DNA of 63,581 nt, counting the filler. It is 9 parts of 9 records of this genome, joined end to end, with 100 filler letters (N's around TTAATTAATTAA, not from the genome) between each part and the next. Parts side by side here need not be neighbours in the genome. Positions count along the whole stretch, not along the records: positions 60,068 to 63,581 come from SRR20825010_6326; 8 more parts are not named here. The stretch is one strand, 5' to 3'. A program made the position numbers and the translations under genes. The stretch's first letter is position 1. Each line of letters starts with the position of its first letter. The notes under the pieces are model-generated. The model made no database searches and was not told the DNA's origin. It was given only the letters and a program-made list of their open reading frames with translations. Of the stretch, positions 60,068 through 63,581 are shown one piece after another.

Positions 60068-60869
60068 CCTCTGGGCTTTGGGCATGAGTAACGCGGACAG
60101 TGTCTTGCTCGATGATTGGACCTTCGTCCAGATCGGCTGTCACGTAATGTGAGGTCGCCCCGATCAGTTTTACCCCGCGCGCATAGGCCTGCTTGTAGGG
60201 GTTGGCCCCCTTGAAGGAGGGCAGGAACGAATGGTGGATGTTGATAATCCGGCCTGACATCTTCTGGCACATGTCGTCGGACAGGATCTGCATGTAACGG
60301 GCCAGCACGATAAGTTCGGCACCCGCCTCTTCGACCACTTGCATGATGCGGGCCTCGGCCTCGGGCTTGTTTTCTTTTGTGACCTTGATGCAGTGGAAAG
60401 GGATGTCTTGGTTCACCACGACCTTTTGATAGTCCATGTGGTTGGAAATCACGGCCACAATTTCTACCGGCAGCGCGCCTATGCCAACGCGGTAAAGCAA
60501 ATCGTTCAAGCAATGGCCAAAGCGGCTGACCATGATGACGACCTTCATCTTCTTTGCTTCATCATGAAAGGAATAGGTCATGTCCCGCTCTTCGGCGAGC
60601 TTGGCAAAATCTGTCTGTAAGGTGTCCAGATCAGCGTCGTTTTCCGAGGCAAAACTAACCCGCATAAAAAAACGGCCGGTCGCGGAATCGTCGAACTGGG
60701 CGCTGTCGGTGATATTGCAGCCATGATCCGCAAGGAATCCGGCGATTCCGGCCACGATGCCGCGGCTCGAAAGACAGGTCACTGTCAGGCAGTATCGCGT
60801 CGCTGCGGATCGTATAGCGGTCCTGTGCGGTGTCTTGTCGGAAAGAGGTGTTTGAGTGTTCATCAGCAT
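60068..60869 (-). CDS. purU: Formyltetrahydrofolate deformylase (3'-truncated)
   Basis: ACT domain, VSRFGHCLNDLL, LARYMQILS, INIHHSFLPSFKGANPY, LDEGPIIEQ. Confidence 0.96.
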
Positions 60870-60883
60870 TGCTTTCGATCAGA

Positions 60884-61789
60884 TCAGACGGTCAGGGACT
60901 TAGGCTCGGGCAAATTATGAATGCGCGAGCAAGCGATCAGGGTATTGGCCAAAAGGCAGGCGATGGTCATCGGTCCGACGCCGCCGGGCACCGGTGTGAT
61001 TGCACCCGCGAGCTTGGCCGCGCTGTCGAAATCAACATCCCCGACCAAACGGGTTTTGCCTGCGCCCTTTTCGGGGGCGTCGATCCGGTTGATGCCAACG
61101 TCAATAACCGTTGCCCCCGGCTTGACCCAATCGCCGTGGATCATCTGCGGACGTCCCACGGCTGCGATCAGAATATCGGCGCTTCGGCAGACCGCAGGTA
61201 AATCGGCGGTGCGACTATGGGCAATGGTCACTGTGCAGCTGTCGCGCAACAAAAGTTGCGCCATCGGCTTGCCGACGATATTTGACCGGCCCACCACCAC
61301 GGCGGATTTACCAGAAAGTGACCCGTGATGATCCCGAAGCATCATAAGGCAGCCCAACGGCGTACATGGAACCATAGCCTTTTGCCCGGTCGCCAGACGC
61401 CCGACATTTGAGATATGGAACCCATCCACATCTTTTTCCGGCGCAATCGCATTGATTACCAGATCCTCATTCAGATGCGGCGGCAGCGGCAGTTGGACCA
61501 AAATGCCATGCACCGCCGGATCGCCATTTAGCTGTTCGATGAGTGCCAGAAGGTCAGCCTCGGACGTATCAGCAGGTAGCTTGTGCTCAAAGCTTGCCAT
61601 TCCTGCCTCTTGAGTTTGTTTGCCCTTGCTGCGGACATAAACTTGGCTGGCGGGATCTTCACCGATCAGGACCACCGCCAGACCGGGGGTAACGCCCCGC
61701 GCGACGACCGCCGCAACATCGCATGCGATCTGTTGGCGGAGCCTCGCAGCAAAAGCTTTGCCGTCGAGGATCGTGGCCCGTGTTTGCAT
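60884..61789 (-). CDS. folD: Bifunctional methylene-THF dehydrogenase/cyclohydrolase
   Basis: [50 protein letters not shown]; start at ATG 61789. Confidence 0.97.
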   Translation of the reverse strand: MQTRATILDGKAFAARLRQQIACDVAAVVARGVTPGLAVVLIGEDPASQVYVRSKGKQTQEAGMASFEHKLPADTSEADLLALIEQLNGDPAVHGILVQLPLPPHLNEDLVINAIAPEKDVDGFHISNVGRLATGQKAMVPCTPLGCLMMLRDHHGSLSGKSAVVVGRSNIVGKPMAQLLLRDSCTVTIAHSRTADLPAVCRSADILIAAVGRPQMIHGDWVKPGATVIDVGINRIDAPEKGAGKTRLVGDVDFDSAAKLAGAITPVPGGVGPMTIACLLANTLIACSRIHNLPEPKSLTV

Positions 61790-61797
61790 ATCTACAG

Positions 61798-62352
61798 TCA
61801 CTGTTCTTCCTCGATTTTCTGTTCTGCAGTGTTTTTTAGGATGTCCCAAAGCGTTCCAGCCATCGAACGCATGGCCAGCAACACCACTTTTTCAGCAGTC
61901 TCGCGAATGACGAATACCGACATATGGTGCAGGCCAGTACGGGTGGCACAGCCCGGAGCGGTCGCGGCGGTGGGCAGGTTGATAAGACGCTCCAGCAGCC
62001 GGTCGATCCTCGGCCCCTCGACCGCGAAACCAGCAAATCCGTCGGTTTGTTCGGTCACGGCGACTCCGGGTATCTTGGCGGCAATTAAGGATGCGAAATC
62101 AGTCTCGGCCAGCCCCGGCCCCTCAATCATCCACTGCCCCGGTCCAGTCCAGAAGGCGGCGACATCCGTTCCACTGGTCCAACGGCCCGGCCCGGGCAAC
62201 GTCAGCCCTAAACCGCTGGATGCTTGCCCCTCCGAAGGCATGCTCAGCGAGGCCAAGGCAAGATCGGGTAGATCACGGATGGTCAACCGACCCAGTCGAA
62301 GGCTCTGTGCGGCAGCGGCGCCAAGCGCCGTGATGGGGATCAGTTCAGTCAC
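61798..62352 (-). CDS. soxG: Sarcosine oxidase subunit gamma
   Basis: [30 protein letters not shown] start overlaps the soxA stop by 8 nt. Confidence 0.85.
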   Translation of the reverse strand: MTELIPITALGAAAAQSLRLGRLTIRDLPDLALASLSMPSEGQASSGLGLTLPGPGRWTSGTDVAAFWTGPGQWMIEGPGLAETDFASLIAAKIPGVAVTEQTDGFAGFAVEGPRIDRLLERLINLPTAATAPGCATRTGLHHMSVFVIRETAEKVVLLAMRSMAGTLWDILKNTAEQKIEEEQ

Positions 62353-63580
62353 GAAGACGGTCTCCTTCGGGATCAATGAAATGCGCCGAGACAACACGCA
62401 GTTGCGCAGATGTCCCCTCTAGCGGGTTGGCCGCGACGATCACCTCGTCCAGCCGCGTATCGCCGTCTTCTAGAAAGCCTAGCCCGATCATTGCCCCAAG
62501 ATGTGGCGAGTAACAGGCCGAGGTGACCCAGCCCTGATCGGTGTCCAGCGTATGCGCGTCTCCGTCAGTGAACAAATGCGCACCGGATACCACCGGCGCG
62601 CTATCGTCTACCGGCATCAATCCGACCAGACGGCGGCGCTCATTGGCCAACCCTTCCCGGCGGGACATAACCGCACCGATGCTGTCTTTCTTGGCGCTGA
62701 CCATCCGGCCCAAGCCCAGCATCGCAGCCGTGGTCTGGCCATTCAGTTCGGCGCCGGCAGCATGACCTTTTTCGATGCGCAACACGCCAAGCGCTTCGGT
62801 CCCGTATGGGGTGACGCCAAGGTCAGAACCCGCCGCCATCAGCCGTTCCATCAACGCTTGCCCATAGCGGGCCGGGACTGCAATCTCAAAGGCCAGCTCA
62901 CCGGAGAAGCTGATCCGGAAGAGCCGCGCCCTCAGCCCACCGCACACGGTCAGTTCTGCACAGGCCATGAACGGAAACCCTTCGTTAGACAGATCAAACT
63001 CGTCGACCACGCGACCTAGCAATTCGCGGGATTTCGGTCCGGCCACGGCGATCTGCGCCCATGCATCGGTCGTGGAAATCGTGGTCACGTCCAGATCGGG
63101 CCACAGACACTGGCGCGCGAATTCCATACGATTATAGACCAGACCGGCATTCGCGGTGGTGGTGGTCACAACGTAGTGGTTTTCGGCCATCCTTGCGCAA
63201 GTGCCATCGTCATAGGCATGCCCGTCTTCGCGCAGCATCAAACCATAGCGGACCCGGCCTACCTTTAAGGTACCCATCATGTTGGAATAAACACGGTTCA
63301 AAAACTCACCGGCATCCCGGCCTTGCACGTCGATTTTACCCAATGTCGTCACATCGCACAGGCCGACATCGGCCCGCACTGCGAGCGCTTCGCGGTCCAC
63401 CGATTGACGCCAATGAGTCTCGCCTGCTTGAGGGTAATACTGAGCGCGCATCCATTGACCGACTTCTGTGAAAATGGCGCCCTGCGCCTCCGCCCAATGA
63501 TGTGTCGGGGTCAGACGGGTCGGACGGAAGTGCTTGCCACTGTCCCCTCCGCCAAGAACGCCCATGGAAACCGGCGTATA
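62345..63580 (-). CDS. soxA: Sarcosine oxidase subunit alpha, C-terminal GcvT-like part
   Basis: YTPVSM, DVTTLGKIDVQG.DA, RYGLMLREDG, RISFSGELAFE, LRIEKGH, FIDPEG.R. Confidence 0.95.
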   Translation of the reverse strand, partial: YTPVSMGVLGGGDSGKHFRPTRLTPTHHWAEAQGAIFTEVGQWMRAQYYPQAGETHWRQSVDREALAVRADVGLCDVTTLGKIDVQGRDAGEFLNRVYSNMMGTLKVGRVRYGLMLREDGHAYDDGTCARMAENHYVVTTTTANAGLVYNRMEFARQCLWPDLDVTTISTTDAWAQIAVAGPKSRELLGRVVDEFDLSNEGFPFMACAELTVCGGLRARLFRISFSGELAFEIAVPARYGQALMERLMAAGSDLGVTPYGTEALGVLRIEKGHAAGAELNGQTTAAMLGLGRMVSAKKDSIGAVMSRREGLANERRRLVGLMPVDDSAPVVSGAHLFTDGDAHTLDTDQGWVTSACYSPHLGAMIGLGFLEDGDTRLDEVIVAANPLEGTSAQLRVVSAHFIDPEGDRLRD

Positions 63581-63581
63581 G

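Noticed and set aside
60068-63581. soxA-soxG-folD-purU cluster as a novel system
   Set aside because: Well-known coupling of sarcosine oxidase to folate one-carbon metabolism.
56513-63581. Functional link between the betaine/choline ABC ATPase and sarcosine oxidase genes
   Set aside because: They lie on different contigs separated by an artificial spacer and differ in composition.

Overview
The window is not one locus. It is nine unrelated contigs joined by eight 100-nt artificial spacers (44 N + TTAATTAATTAA + 44 N), so gene neighbourhoods only count within a contig. Taxon labels are inferences from protein similarity and base composition. (1) 1-4405, alphaproteobacterial: a degenerate flagellin-like gene, SH3 protein, 2-hydroxyacid dehydrogenase, cupin, FAH-family protein, partial xth. 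(2) 4506-22001, Flavobacteriaceae-like core region: tamB end, pfkA, gap, GlcNAc kinase, ridA, lptD-like, amidase, mlaD, split Fe-S/CCG oxidoreductase, GH3-serine hydrolase fusion, bshA. (3) 22102-27724, Rhizobiales-like: glmS end, DUF502, recG, sdhE, partial mfd. (4) 27825-31723: RND efflux pair. (5) 31824-43461, AT-rich Bacteroidetes glycan locus: four sulfatases, an Asp-box propeller, an FG-GAP lipoprotein, an atypical DapA-family aldolase, an SSS symporter. (6) 43562-52036, high-GC alphaproteobacterial: remnants of three IS families next to a translationally coupled catabolic operon of at least eight genes (SIS, PfkB kinase, amidohydrolase, ABC ATPase, BtpA/SgcQ, PuuE-like, racemase homolog lacking catalytic Cys, amidohydrolase). 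(7) 52137-56411: Bacteroidetes nitrate-type ABC transporter. (8) 56512-59967: betaine/choline ABC ATPase end, moaD, TRAP transporter. (9) 60068-63581: soxA end, soxG, folD, purU. The best candidate for an undescribed system is the contig-6 operon, followed by the contig-5 sulfatase/aldolase locus and the remodelled flagellin. I saw no rRNA, tRNA or CRISPR array by eye.
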